64,000 bases of DNA from Clostridia bacterium (GCA_017518975.1 JAFWTH010000140.1:23467-87466), one strand, 5' to 3'; shown: positions 8,329 through 17,497, counted from the stretch's first letter. Notes: generated from the letters alone by a model not told the origin. Numbers and translations: made by a program.

Positions 8329-8814
8329 TTAATCTTCTTTTGCAACTATTTCCATAAAATCATCATAAGAAATACATTTTACATCCAACTCTTCACAAAT
8401 ATTCGGTAACTGAGCCGAATGCAGTTTGTATTTTTCTGCTGTTACGACGATTCCGCCTAACGCTTTCGCTTTTGCAGCAATATAAGGATCGGCTGATGGA
8501 CGATTGTTTAAAATGTTTCTTGTGTGAATATTCTCCCTCATTTTTGGCTTTTCAAACAATGCTCGGATAATACAAGATTCATCGCTTGTTGGCGCAAGAA
8601 ACATGTCTTTATTACTTTTTAGCCATTGCATGTTTTCGTTTTTTTCATCATAATGAGCATTCAACTCATTATAACATTCGTCAACTGATTGATAAATTCC
8701 TTTTTTTATTCCATCCTCAAAAGCTTTCCATATTCGCTCGAAATACTCACCTTTTCTAGGAAGATGCTCAAGGATTTTTCGAAAAATGTTAGTGTCAATA
8801 ATATAAACCATCAT
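8329..8814 (-). CDS. DUF4411-family PIN-like nuclease (putative toxin/effector)
   Basis: 161 aa, starting YIIDTNIF..., with ...ADPYIAAKAKALGGIVVTAE.... Its start overlaps the stop of the upstream ImmA/IrrE gene by 4 nt. Confidence 0.7.
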   Translation of the reverse strand: MMVYIIDTNIFRKILEHLPRKGEYFERIWKAFEDGIKKGIYQSVDECYNELNAHYDEKNENMQWLKSNKDMFLAPTSDESCIIRALFEKPKMRENIHTRNILNNRPSADPYIAAKAKALGGIVVTAEKYKLHSAQLPNICEELDVKCISYDDFMEIVAKED

Positions 8815-9980
8815 TTAGTCCCCCTAAAGAAAGCAGTTTCTAATTGGGGTAGATGATCTACCTTGCTGTTCAACATTTCGCTTGCGCGAAAACTGTCTAT
8901 TTTTCCGGAATATAATTGCTTGAACACATCTCCTGTATATGTAGAACCTAAATATGAGAGTTTGGTAAAATAGTAATTTCCTCCAGAAGACTTTTCACCT
9001 TTCCTCTTTTTCAGATTCCTCAAAGCATCACCGTAGAATGTTTCTTTTAATGCTTCATAGTCATCAGAAGAGATAATTTGCATTTTCCATAGTTTGTACA
9101 TTATCGCTTCTTTACTGACCGAATACAAGACAGCCAGTTCAGAGATTCTATCTTCGTCTATTATCTTCTTTGACAGTTCGATCTTAAAATCATCAGTAGG
9201 AACTAAAAACTCGTTTGCAAACGTATCGCACTTCTTTTCTGCTGCAAATTGAGATCTATCAAGATAGATATAATAATCGTCTCGGACAATTTCCGCACCG
9301 CTGGTATTAGAAACCAAATGATAAAACTCGTGGAACAGCGTAAAAATCTGTCGTGCAAACGACATGGAATTATTTATGAGAATAACAGGAAAATAATTAT
9401 CATTTATACACAAACCGGAAACGTTGTCATCCTTAAACGAATCCTTGAAGACATAGATACCTAACTCGTAGAGTTTTTCTCTATAAATCTCAAAGACAAC
9501 TTTATAATTCTTGCGACCTTTTTGAGCAGCAATTGGGAAACCCATTATTGAGCGCAAATAATCGCATAGTTGCTTGGTATCAGAAGGAATAGCGTTTCTA
9601 TTCGCAAATATACAATTTGATGTGCCATATAGTTCCATCAAATTTAACTGATATGCCTTAGCCTTCTCAAGCTGTATCATTACATTTTTACTTAATCCGT
9701 CAATAACCGTATCTGTCAATGTGCGCAAGTCACCCTTTATTGGAGGAATATCCGGGAGTTCAGGAAAAAAGAATACCGCGCTTGGTTTGCGAAAAACATC
9801 ACTGATTTTCTTAAGTTTTGCATAAGTAGGGTATTCTGTTCCATTTTCCCAGTTTAAATAGCGAATGACATTGACACCGATCGCTTGTGCCGCATCACCG
9901 GGAGACATATTATAGAATTCACGTGCCCAGCGAATAATTTCACCATTCACACCGCTCAGTGTTTCAGCCAATAGGCTCAC
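8811..9980 (-). CDS. XRE-HTH / ImmA-IrrE family zinc metallopeptidase fusion
   Basis: An N-terminal HTH (IIRWAREFYNMSPGDAAQAIGVNVIRYLNWENG) is followed by the HExxH motif (FTLFHEFYHLV) typical of ImmA/IrrE. Confidence 0.8.
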   Translation of the reverse strand: MSLLAETLSGVNGEIIRWAREFYNMSPGDAAQAIGVNVIRYLNWENGTEYPTYAKLKKISDVFRKPSAVFFFPELPDIPPIKGDLRTLTDTVIDGLSKNVMIQLEKAKAYQLNLMELYGTSNCIFANRNAIPSDTKQLCDYLRSIMGFPIAAQKGRKNYKVVFEIYREKLYELGIYVFKDSFKDDNVSGLCINDNYFPVILINNSMSFARQIFTLFHEFYHLVSNTSGAEIVRDDYYIYLDRSQFAAEKKCDTFANEFLVPTDDFKIELSKKIIDEDRISELAVLYSVSKEAIMYKLWKMQIISSDDYEALKETFYGDALRNLKKRKGEKSSGGNYYFTKLSYLGSTYTGDVFKQLYSGKIDSFRASEMLNSKVDHLPQLETAFFRGTK

Positions 9981-10003
9981 CTCCTTTTTATGGTTATTGC
10001 ATA

Positions 10004-10696
10004 CTACTCAATGATTATCTTATTGCCGCCCGTTTCAATGGGTTCGACCCTAATCTTTGGGGCAGAATGAGTAGATAGCTTTTTGTCAACCAAAGCGTTA
10101 ATATCTTCTGTTGTAGCAACAGCGTGTTCCTTCATATATTTATCCAACATAGCCTCTAAAGAGGAATCCGTATCAATTCCGTCTGCTCTAACCCAACCAA
10201 TGGCAGGAAAGTCTTGGATGCACTTTTGTAGGGAAACAGCAACGTTAGCTTGTAAATTCTCTTTTGAAGAGTATCTTTTTATCATTCTGCTTGATGATAC
10301 TTTAGTTCGGAATTTTGTCAGAGCTTCTCTTCCTTCATCCATCTTTTCACATTTTTCGCTGGGTAGTTTGCCGATGTCTTCAACAATAAAACTCATGACA
10401 GGTATTCCGTTTGTGACAGCGTAGTCGTATTCCTTTTCTGTGTAGCCGACACCATCAGTAGGGTCAATGGAGCCATACCGTCCGGCCAAAATTAGAATAT
10501 AGTAGTCACACGTTTTCAGCATTTTCTTAATATAGTCCATTTGGCTCATACCGCTTGATGGAAACTGTTCCATCCCCACTGGAATACACCCTAAGTCAAG
10601 AAGCGTTTGGCTTACTGCTGCTCGTTCCTCTTTTAGATCCTCGTATGTAGAACTAATAAATACCTGATATTTTTTCTCTTTCATACCTTGTTCCAT
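10004..10696 (-). CDS. DUF4062-domain protein (TIR/NDT-like N-terminal domain plus an uncharacterised C-terminal ~90 aa)
   Basis: ...KYQVFISSTYEDLKEERAAV...DYYILILAGRYGS...YTEKEYDYA is the characteristic DUF4062 opening. ATG 10696 follows AAGAGG; the longest ORF starts at 10711. It lies 23 nt upstream of the ImmA gene on the same strand. Confidence 0.65.
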   Translation of the reverse strand: MEQGMKEKKYQVFISSTYEDLKEERAAVSQTLLDLGCIPVGMEQFPSSGMSQMDYIKKMLKTCDYYILILAGRYGSIDPTDGVGYTEKEYDYAVTNGIPVMSFIVEDIGKLPSEKCEKMDEGREALTKFRTKVSSSRMIKRYSSKENLQANVAVSLQKCIQDFPAIGWVRADGIDTDSSLEAMLDKYMKEHAVATTEDINALVDKKLSTHSAPKIRVEPIETGGNKIIIE

Positions 10697-11050
10697 AAAA
10701 ACCTCTTTCATAAAACCCGCTTTAGTAGCTCCACGACGCTCTTATCGGCAGAGTATTTGGTGTTTATCTCGCCCACAGAAAGTGCAGGTAAAAAATGAGT
10801 GTTTTTGCGCCTCAGCAGGTTAAGTCTGCTTTTTCTTCAAGTCGGGAAACCGTATCGTTGAAGCCCTTCACATCCTCCAACTGCATCAAGTGGATTGCTG
10901 CTTTGAGTGTTTGATCGAAGAGTTTAATATGTTCGGACTATTTCAGTTTCCATTGCTGAAAATTCCAGTGTCGAATATAAGCATTGTTGAAGGCCGCAAA
11001 CAAGTTTTCACATGAGCAGTTGTATTCCGTTCCCTAGTGGCACTTGTCCT

Positions 11051-12874
11051 TCAGTTTGTTTGTTGCAATGATTGTTTTACTGTCGCATTTTTTCCCCTGA
11101 ACGCGATTCCGACCTTTGTGATCTTTTTCACTCCTTGTGCGTTAAGCTCAGCTTCATACTTCTTTTCTTCGATCTGCGCGAGCGCCCTACTTGCGAGCGC
11201 ATTGAGGTCGTCGCTATCCTTGCCGGCATATTTGAACTCAAAAATGAAACCGGGATCCGATTTATCCATCGGGATGAGCGCGATATCAAAGCGTCCGTAC
11301 CCAGATTCGATATTCGATTTTATCCTGTACCGGTTGCTGAGCACGGCGCAGAGCCCGAGCATCATACCGTGATAGAAACTTTCGTTTGTTCCGTCGAAAA
11401 CTGAGACCGAGTTCAAAAGGAATTCTTCAAGCAGTTTTTGCAGTTTCCCCGTGTCGTTTGAGAACAGCGCCTGCTGAATGGAGATGGCGGCACTTGTTTT
11501 TCCGGTCCTGTTCAGTACTTCTTTGCTGTAAACGAAAGCGATTTCCTTGTTGGGAATCGCAACGTCGCACATATAATTGCCGTCGTGCTGCGGATACACC
11601 TTTGCGACCTTCAGATATCCGGCGATGAGCAGAAAACTGTAAATACTGTACGGATTTTTCTGTACCTCGGGATAAATGACGCCCGTGTCAACGTAGGACG
11701 TAACGGTCTCGCCGGAGAGCAGTTTATAGAGATTCTCCTTGATTTCGTCGTTCGCTGCGCCCACGATCTCACCGATAATATCGTTGCTGCCAGTAGATTG
11801 CCAGAACGCCTTGGGAAAGCAGTTTTCAGAAACGTAGTTGATGACCGACCAGGGGTTGAAGATCTCCGTACTGCCGAAAAGATAACCGTCATACCACTCG
11901 CAGACTTCATCGAATTTATCACCGTAGCCGTAGTATTCGAGCATCTGCCTGACTTCTTCTTTTGTAAAACCGAAGAAAGTACTGTACTGCTCGTCGAGGA
12001 TCGAATTGATCGTCAGGTTATTCAGTCCGCTGAAAATGCTTTCTTTCGCCACGCGCAAAATGCCGGTAAGAAAACCGAATGCGAGGTGCGAATTGTCTTT
12101 CAGACCGCCCGAGAAGAAATTGCGCATAAACGCAATGATTTCTTTGTAGAAGCCCATCGTATGACCCTGCTGGATCGGAGTGTCATACTCGTCAATAATG
12201 ATCACCGTTTCTTTGCCGTAATGCTTGTGTAGGAGCAGAGACAGGGTTTTGAGCGAGAGTTGATAATCCGCTGAATCCGCTTTGCCTTCCGAAAGTTGAG
12301 AATACTGCGTTTTTTCATACTCGCTCAGCCGATCGCTTTTTTCAAGTTCAGGGTGCCGTCTGAACTCTGCCGATATCAGCTTCGTTATTATTTCATTTGT
12401 TTCCTGCCAATCGGCGCATTTTACGTCCTTGAAGGACAGAAAAACGACAGGATACTGTCCCTGAAAGGAAGTGTACGCCTTGCCGTATGACCAGATCGCT
12501 TTGTCTGTAAAATAAGTTGAATTATCCTCTTCGGTCTTTTCAAAAAACACGCGCAACATATCCATGTTCAGCGTTTTGCCGAACCGGCGCGGGCGCGTGA
12601 AAAGAGAGACAAGAGGTTTCTTGTCCAAAAAGTCCTTGATTAGCATTGATTTATCGACGTAATAATACTCCGAAGACGCGATCTTATAATCGGAAATGCC
12701 GATGGGCAGCGGCTTTTTAATGTCGCCCTGATCGCGGACAGCGTTCTGAGGAACGAACCAACGCCGCCCCTCCTTCTTCGCGCCGGGTATTTCCCCTTTG
12801 GCGCACTTCTGTTGAAGTCTTCTGAGAGTTATATTCAGTTTCATTGCCGCATCGGCAGCAGAAATATATTTCAT
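11051..12874 (-). CDS. HTH - predicted AAA-ATPase (PF09820-like) - PD-(D/E)XK nuclease (PDDEXK_9-like) fusion protein
   Basis: The N-terminus is an excisionase-like HTH (AAMKLNITLRRLQQKCAKGEIPGAKKEGRRWFVP). The ATPase region reads ISDYKIASSEYYYVDKS...PRRFGKTLNMDML. The C-terminal nuclease core reads GYGRFDIALIP...FIFEFKY. Confidence 0.75.
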   Translation of the reverse strand: MKYISAADAAMKLNITLRRLQQKCAKGEIPGAKKEGRRWFVPQNAVRDQGDIKKPLPIGISDYKIASSEYYYVDKSMLIKDFLDKKPLVSLFTRPRRFGKTLNMDMLRVFFEKTEEDNSTYFTDKAIWSYGKAYTSFQGQYPVVFLSFKDVKCADWQETNEIITKLISAEFRRHPELEKSDRLSEYEKTQYSQLSEGKADSADYQLSLKTLSLLLHKHYGKETVIIIDEYDTPIQQGHTMGFYKEIIAFMRNFFSGGLKDNSHLAFGFLTGILRVAKESIFSGLNNLTINSILDEQYSTFFGFTKEEVRQMLEYYGYGDKFDEVCEWYDGYLFGSTEIFNPWSVINYVSENCFPKAFWQSTGSNDIIGEIVGAANDEIKENLYKLLSGETVTSYVDTGVIYPEVQKNPYSIYSFLLIAGYLKVAKVYPQHDGNYMCDVAIPNKEIAFVYSKEVLNRTGKTSAAISIQQALFSNDTGKLQKLLEEFLLNSVSVFDGTNESFYHGMMLGLCAVLSNRYRIKSNIESGYGRFDIALIPMDKSDPGFIFEFKYAGKDSDDLNALASRALAQIEEKKYEAELNAQGVKKITKVGIAFRGKNATVKQSLQQTN

Positions 12875-12938
12875 GAGAAACCTCCGAGTCTATCAGTACA
12901 GCGTCATTATACCGCACTAAACGAAATTTGTCAATGCC

Positions 12939-13000
12939 ATTTCGCGTAATTTCGCATTGATTTCGCATCTATTTCGCGTAATTTCGCATCGATTTCGCGG
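12939..13000. promoter_or_regulatory. Six tandem ATTTCGC(G/A) units with 10-11 bp phasing upstream of the HTH-AAA-ATPase gene
   Basis: ATTTCGCGTA ATTTCGCATTG ATTTCGCATCT ATTTCGCGTA ATTTCGCATCG ATTTCGCGG, 65-126 bp upstream of the start at 12874. The helical-turn periodicity suggests a phased protein-binding array. Confidence 0.5.
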
Positions 13001-13151
13001 ATGGCTTTGCTTGGTGAAATAACAAATTACGTAGGTGAGTTAAAATGTTTAAAACCTAAATATTAAAATGGTGTAGAGTAATATCAAACTATGACATTTC
13101 TTGATGTTGTTCAATCCCCCGTTAAGGAAATATATGAACTTTTGTAAAGCC

Positions 13152-13236
13152 GAATACCGTACCGCCACGGCAGATAGTAGCAAACACCATCTGCCGTTTT
13201 TTGTTACCCAAATATTCTCACAAAAGGAAAAAATGA
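13152..13236 (+). repeat. ~85-bp segment homologous to 15557-15645 (includes a terminator hairpin at 13167-13202)
   Basis: GAATACCGTACCGCCACGGCAGATAGT...ATCTGCCGTTTTTTGTTACCCAAAT...CTCACAAAAGGAAAAAATG aligns by eye, at roughly four positions in five, with the sequence preceding the first gene of the conjugative element. Confidence 0.65.
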
Positions 13237-13515
13237 TGTTTTCCGTCGCGCCGTGGAACTGCCAAGAAAGCGTGAGTGTTTCGTTGGTGCATCAGTATTG
13301 CATTTTGGCATGAGAAATCGTGATCGCAAGATCACGCAAAAACAAGAGGTATTCTTAAACAATAATTGTTATTATGTCATTATTTATTACTCGTTTGTAA
13401 TTATATCGCTCTGCTTAGTTGACGGTATTCTACTTAAACTGTATCATTATTGTATAGAAAACCCGCTATCGCTTTAAGCAATTGGGTTAAAAAATATCTC
13501 AAGGGAGTGAATGAA

Positions 13516-14487
13516 ATGAGAAAAACAATTTTGGTTATTATTGTTACTCTTCTGCTACTTGGGGACTTCTCTATGATTGCAAATGCCTCGGCGGGGACGA
13601 TCTATGAAACCGAAAGCAATAACACCCATTCAACAGCCGATGTAACGTACAACGACTATGATAACTATGGGAAAATAAGCTCATCGTCTGACATTGACTG
13701 GTGGAAGTTCACAACAGCGTATGAGGGTTGTTGTAATGTGTGGCTTGGAAGCATCCCTTCAGGGTGTGACTATGATTTATACTTATATTCCAGTAGCGGG
13801 ACAACTCTATTGGCTTCTTCAACAAAAAGAACCGGAAGTCAAGAATTGATCCGATTTCATTTATCTGCAAATACTCAGTATAAGGTTAAAATTCAGTCTT
13901 ACTCTGGATATTCGACGAGTAAGAACTACAAGTTCAGAGTTTTCAATTACCCGCTGACGCCTGCTCATACGAAGAACCTGCTTTGGAACATCGAGAGCAT
14001 TTATTATTATGTCGATTCATCTGCCTCAATCTATACGAGTACGATTGCTGATGCGGCATATAATTGGGTATATACTGGTTTCGGGTGGAACAACCTATAT
14101 CCAAACACACAAACTTCAAACATAAGTGACTCAGCGATTGATTTCTACTCATACTATTCCCCTCCAGTTAATATAGGAGGAGTTACTGTCACTCCATTAG
14201 GCGAGACTTCGCACTATGCCCGTGAGTATGGAACATACGGAACTCCATACATTGTAAATGCGGATACGGAAGATTGGTTGTTCAATGAAATTAGAATTAA
14301 CAATTATGCCTTCTCTAGTAACCCTTCCAGTAGTCTTGCAACTATTGTTCATGAATTTGGACACGCATTTGGCTTAGCACATAACAACGATAATGTAAAT
14401 AGCATAATGTGTCAAGACATTTATGATCGGGTAGTATCTACAGTTCAAGACGTTGATCATTGGGCATTTGTAAAAAAACATCCATAA
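13516..14487 (+). CDS. Secreted zinc metalloprotease with an N-terminal pre-peptidase (PPC-like) domain
   Basis: RBS AAGGGAG precedes ATG 13516. The signal peptide is MRKTILVIIVTLLLLGDFSMIANASA. ...SSSDIDWWKF... is bacterial pre-peptidase-like, and the C-terminal HEFGHAFGLAHN is a metzincin-type motif. Confidence 0.7.
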   Translation: MRKTILVIIVTLLLLGDFSMIANASAGTIYETESNNTHSTADVTYNDYDNYGKISSSSDIDWWKFTTAYEGCCNVWLGSIPSGCDYDLYLYSSSGTTLLASSTKRTGSQELIRFHLSANTQYKVKIQSYSGYSTSKNYKFRVFNYPLTPAHTKNLLWNIESIYYYVDSSASIYTSTIADAAYNWVYTGFGWNNLYPNTQTSNISDSAIDFYSYYSPPVNIGGVTVTPLGETSHYAREYGTYGTPYIVNADTEDWLFNEIRINNYAFSSNPSSSLATIVHEFGHAFGLAHNNDNVNSIMCQDIYDRVVSTVQDVDHWAFVKKHP

Positions 14488-14534
14488 TGTAATTTTTCAA
14501 GGAGAATATAAAGGAAACAAGGAGGTAGATAGTT

Positions 14535-15206
14535 GTGAAAAAAAGCATTGCGGTTTTATGCTCACTTTTATTGTGTGCGCTCTTGATCTCATGTTCTGAA
14601 AGGGTAACTCCCGAATATTTCGGGCTAGAGAAATCTGATGGAAAAAGTGTAGAAACCCAAGAGCTTATTGGAATCACCAAATCAGGCAGATCAGTCGACA
14701 GGGGCATAGTCGATTCCAATGAAGTGGAGGAATGGCTCTCGGGGTTTGCCTTAAGAGCAAAGTTCGTCAGAAACACAGGTACGCATATGGATCCCGATCT
14801 CAAGGCACCGGTTACCGAGGTAGAGTTCCGTGTATTGGAGGTATGTCAGGGCGAATTCGACGGGGACATTCTTGTAACAGAGTACAATGGAGGAACCGTA
14901 TCAATGAAAGATTACGCCGACGTTTACGGCAAGGATAGCGTAAAAAAACTTGGCTTCGGAGATTTGACAGACGAAGAACTCGAAAGTAAATCTTTCACCG
15001 ACCCTTATGAAGGGGAAGACAGATTTGATTTTGAGAAAAAGGATATCGATACCGAGTATCTAATTTTCGTTACAGTTAACACCGAAACAGGAAAGACGTG
15101 GCTTGGAGACAACGGATTGACATGCCTTGAGATAAAAGACGGGCTGGTCACAAATCCCTTCACAGGTGAAGCAATGACAGTTGACGATATGTTGAACAAG
15201 AATTAA
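14535..15206 (+). CDS. Lipoprotein of unknown function
   Basis: A GTG start follows AAGGAGG. The signal plus lipobox is MKKSIAVLCSLLLCALLISC. No recognisable domain. Confidence 0.6.
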   Translation: MKKSIAVLCSLLLCALLISCSERVTPEYFGLEKSDGKSVETQELIGITKSGRSVDRGIVDSNEVEEWLSGFALRAKFVRNTGTHMDPDLKAPVTEVEFRVLEVCQGEFDGDILVTEYNGGTVSMKDYADVYGKDSVKKLGFGDLTDEELESKSFTDPYEGEDRFDFEKKDIDTEYLIFVTVNTETGKTWLGDNGLTCLEIKDGLVTNPFTGEAMTVDDMLNKN

Positions 15207-15286
15207 AAAAAGAATGCTAATTACTGAAACAAGATCGTTGAAGCACACATGTTAAATACGGGGAAAAAAACAATATAGTCAGAATG

Positions 15287-15320
15287 CCACCCTGTTGTGA
15301 AGCGGCAGGGTGGTTTTCTT
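15287..15320 (+). terminator. Rho-independent terminator
   Basis: CCACCCTG / CAGGGTGG stem followed by TTTTCTT, downstream of the lipoprotein gene. Confidence 0.65.
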
Positions 15321-15528
15321 ACGTCGTGACAAGATGATAATCTGCTGGGACCATATATTCTATCCTAAGTTGCTGGCATTCATTATAGAGATTGTAATAA
15401 CAAATCGGATCTACATAACTTTCGAACGAGAGAGCTTCCCTCAGTACACTTGTGTGAATCTGCTCGTGCAGACTGTAAGTATCTCGCAAACTCATCACAG
15501 TAGATGTGCAGAAGCCAATTATTCTCAT
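15319..15528 (-). pseudogene. Possible C-terminal remnant of an IS3-family (rve) transposase
   Basis: The 69-aa ORF ends ...LREALSFESYVDPICYYNLYNECQQLRIEYMVPADY.... This is reminiscent of the ...YI.YYN..R....L...SP..Y tail of IS3-type transposases. It is degenerate and there is no upstream catalytic domain. Confidence 0.3.
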
Positions 15529-15556
15529 TGAACAAGAGTACGAACCCTAGAAAACA

Positions 15557-15645
15557 GAATACCGGTCCGTTACGGCAGATAGTAAAAAAGACTATCTGCC
15601 TTTTTTTGTTGCCCAAATCAACTCACATAAAGGAGAAAAAAGATG
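15557..15645 (+). repeat. ~85-bp segment homologous to 13152-13236 (includes a terminator hairpin at 15574-15607)
   Basis: GAATACCGGTCCGTTACGGCAGATAGTAAAAAAGACTATCTGCCTTTTTTTGTTGCCCAAATCAACTCACATAAAGGAGAAAAAAGATG. The stem is GGCAGATAGT / ACTATCTGCC followed by T7. Confidence 0.65.
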
Positions 15646-16344
15646 AATCATTCAGACTCACCCCGATTGAAATCAATCGAACAGATGATGACGTCAACCC
15701 CGGGATTCCATCCCAAAGGGAAAGGGATATTCGTATACCGTCACTTTGAGTACACGGCAAAAATGTGTGACTGCCGATACTGTCTGCATTATGGCAGAAA
15801 TAAAGAATGTACGGTTGACCGTTGCCCATACGTCGAAGAACGGATCATCGCCGGTGTGGCGAGCCGTCCCGAAGTCATGAACGAAACCATGAATAACATA
15901 CACAACGCCGCCTTCCGCGGACGGCTCAAACAATTCATAAAAGAAAGGGAGGAACTGCCAATGAATTTCAAAAACGAAAAACACAGGAAAGTATTTGACG
16001 AAGCGATCCGCAAACTCGACAGAAAGAACTATCCGCTGATGTCAGCGGTCTACCTGCTGACTGCAGAGCACAAGTTGTGGATGCTGATCAGGCACTGCGT
16101 GGAAAGAAATGAGATCAAATTTGACAACTTCAAGTTGAAGAACAGCACCGAAACCGGGTATACCCTTTTCTGTTGCGCCAAAGACCTCTATCTCGGAACA
16201 AAGCACATAACTATCGGAGATCTTGCTGATCGAGAAATTGTCTCTCCAAAAATGTTTTCCCTTGTCTGCAACGCTATGGCGATCCGCAGATTCGGTCTGG
16301 GCGCCATCCAATATATAAGCATAGGAAGGAATGCTCAGGTATGA
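15643..16344 (+). CDS. Conserved conjugative-element protein, Cys-rich N-terminus (function unknown)
   Basis: 233 aa with RBS AAGGAG. It has CDCRYCLHYGRNKECTVDRCPYVEE and then a helical region (NEKHRKVFDEAIRKLDRKNYPLMSAVYLLTAEHKLW) recalled from first genes of clostridial ICEs. Confidence 0.55.
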   Translation: MNHSDSPRLKSIEQMMTSTPGFHPKGKGIFVYRHFEYTAKMCDCRYCLHYGRNKECTVDRCPYVEERIIAGVASRPEVMNETMNNIHNAAFRGRLKQFIKEREELPMNFKNEKHRKVFDEAIRKLDRKNYPLMSAVYLLTAEHKLWMLIRHCVERNEIKFDNFKLKNSTETGYTLFCCAKDLYLGTKHITIGDLADREIVSPKMFSLVCNAMAIRRFGLGAIQYISIGRNAQV

Positions 16345-17495
16345 TCAAGATCAGAATCAGGAACGCCGATCACGAGATCGACGTACACTTCCCGATCAGC
16401 GAGAGTGAACTGTTTGCAAAGCTTGGTGAAATCCATGCTGTTGAAGGAAGGGACGCCGCACAGTCAGCCTATGTAACGGAGGTTTACTGGCCGGAGGAAT
16501 TCTCCGCCTTGAAAAACCGTTTCGCCAATCTGGATGAACTCAACTACCTTGCAAAGCGTATGGAAAGCTTCGATAATCTCGAATACGATCAATTCATCAT
16601 TGGGCTCTCCAAACTGGACAGCAAGGATGTGAAGGATCTCATCAATCTGACCTTCAATCTGAGTCATTTCACGCTGTGCCAGGACGTCAGCAGTTACGGA
16701 AAGATCGGCAGAGAGTATGTGCTGAACACAGAGGGAGCCGTTCCCACCCATGACGAGGATGATCCGAAATATGCCGCCATCGGTAAAGAACTCATCGATA
16801 AGGGCCTCGCACAGATCACAGAAAGAGGTCTCCTCATCTACAATCCCTTCGATACACTTGAGGAAGTATATGACGGTCATACCTTTCCCGAGTATTACTA
16901 CAAAAACAGCCTAATCAGTCTCAATGCTAAGTATGGGGATCGAACAGAGCTGCTCCAGCTTCCAGATGAATCCCTTGCAATCAAAAAAGCGATTGATCGG
17001 CTGGGAGCTCCTTCCGCCGAGGACTGTTCATACGAAATTACCTTTCACAACTTCAAGGGAGATGAGTGGCTGGATCGGGTTCAAGAGATCATCTCCAGAG
17101 AAGGGATTTACGAAGCAAATGCGATGCTAAAGGCGCTTGACTCCAAAGAGATGGATTGGAACAAACTGTCAGCCGTAGTTGAACTTGCAGGAGTTCAGAA
17201 AGCTTCAAACATTGTTTTTTTGACTGAGCACCTCGATGAGTTCTCCTTCATTCCTGAAGCCAAAACTGAAGAGGAAGTCGGGCACTACCTCGTGGATAAT
17301 ATAAGCGAATACCGGCTCAACCTTGAAATGGAAGACTATTTCGACTTCTCCGGCTTTGGAGAACACATTGCAGAGGAACACGATGGGCAGTTCGTAGATG
17401 GCGGCTTTGTCTACTACGACAGTTACGACAGCCTCGACGAACTCCTCGATGGGCTCGAGCCCGAGGACGAGGGCATAGATATGGGAGGAATGTGA
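16341..17495 (+). CDS. ArdA-like anti-restriction-type protein (acidic), ends ...DEGIDMGGM
   Basis: 384 aa and strongly acidic. The C-terminal region ...EEEVGHYLVDNISEYRLNLEMEDYFDFSGFGEHIAEEHDGQFVDGGFVYY resembles the ArdA C-terminal domain pattern. Confidence 0.5.
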   Translation: MIKIRIRNADHEIDVHFPISESELFAKLGEIHAVEGRDAAQSAYVTEVYWPEEFSALKNRFANLDELNYLAKRMESFDNLEYDQFIIGLSKLDSKDVKDLINLTFNLSHFTLCQDVSSYGKIGREYVLNTEGAVPTHDEDDPKYAAIGKELIDKGLAQITERGLLIYNPFDTLEEVYDGHTFPEYYYKNSLISLNAKYGDRTELLQLPDESLAIKKAIDRLGAPSAEDCSYEITFHNFKGDEWLDRVQEIISREGIYEANAMLKALDSKEMDWNKLSAVVELAGVQKASNIVFLTEHLDEFSFIPEAKTEEEVGHYLVDNISEYRLNLEMEDYFDFSGFGEHIAEEHDGQFVDGGFVYYDSYDSLDELLDGLEPEDEGIDMGGM

Positions 17496-17497
17496 GC

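Larger units (their letters stand above)
6078..15556. mobile_element. Decayed mosaic genomic island (remnants of several mobile elements plus defence-type and secreted-protein cargo)
   Basis: It starts at the tRNA-Ser fragment. It contains an excisionase-like gene, at least three truncated gene fragments, abrupt by-eye composition changes between blocks, and no recombinase. Confidence 0.55.

Noticed and set aside
10720-11050. Possible transposase or gene remnant in the 340-bp gap between the DUF4062 gene and the AAA-ATPase gene
   Set aside because: Short open stretches on the - strand look protein-like, but I could not match them to any family motif. No terminal inverted repeats are evident.
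17481-17495. The MGGM tails might be nothing more than Shine-Dalgarno sequences (ATGGGAGGAATGTGA) embedded for the next gene
   Set aside because: This holds for three junctions (17481, 18347, 25254) and partly for 22244 and 22837. It was rejected as the sole explanation because the acidic-plus-MxM terminus also occurs where no coupled start follows (26387, 35445, 37905, 43070) or where a separate RBS is used (25954, 42135). The idea is retained as a caveat in the main finding.
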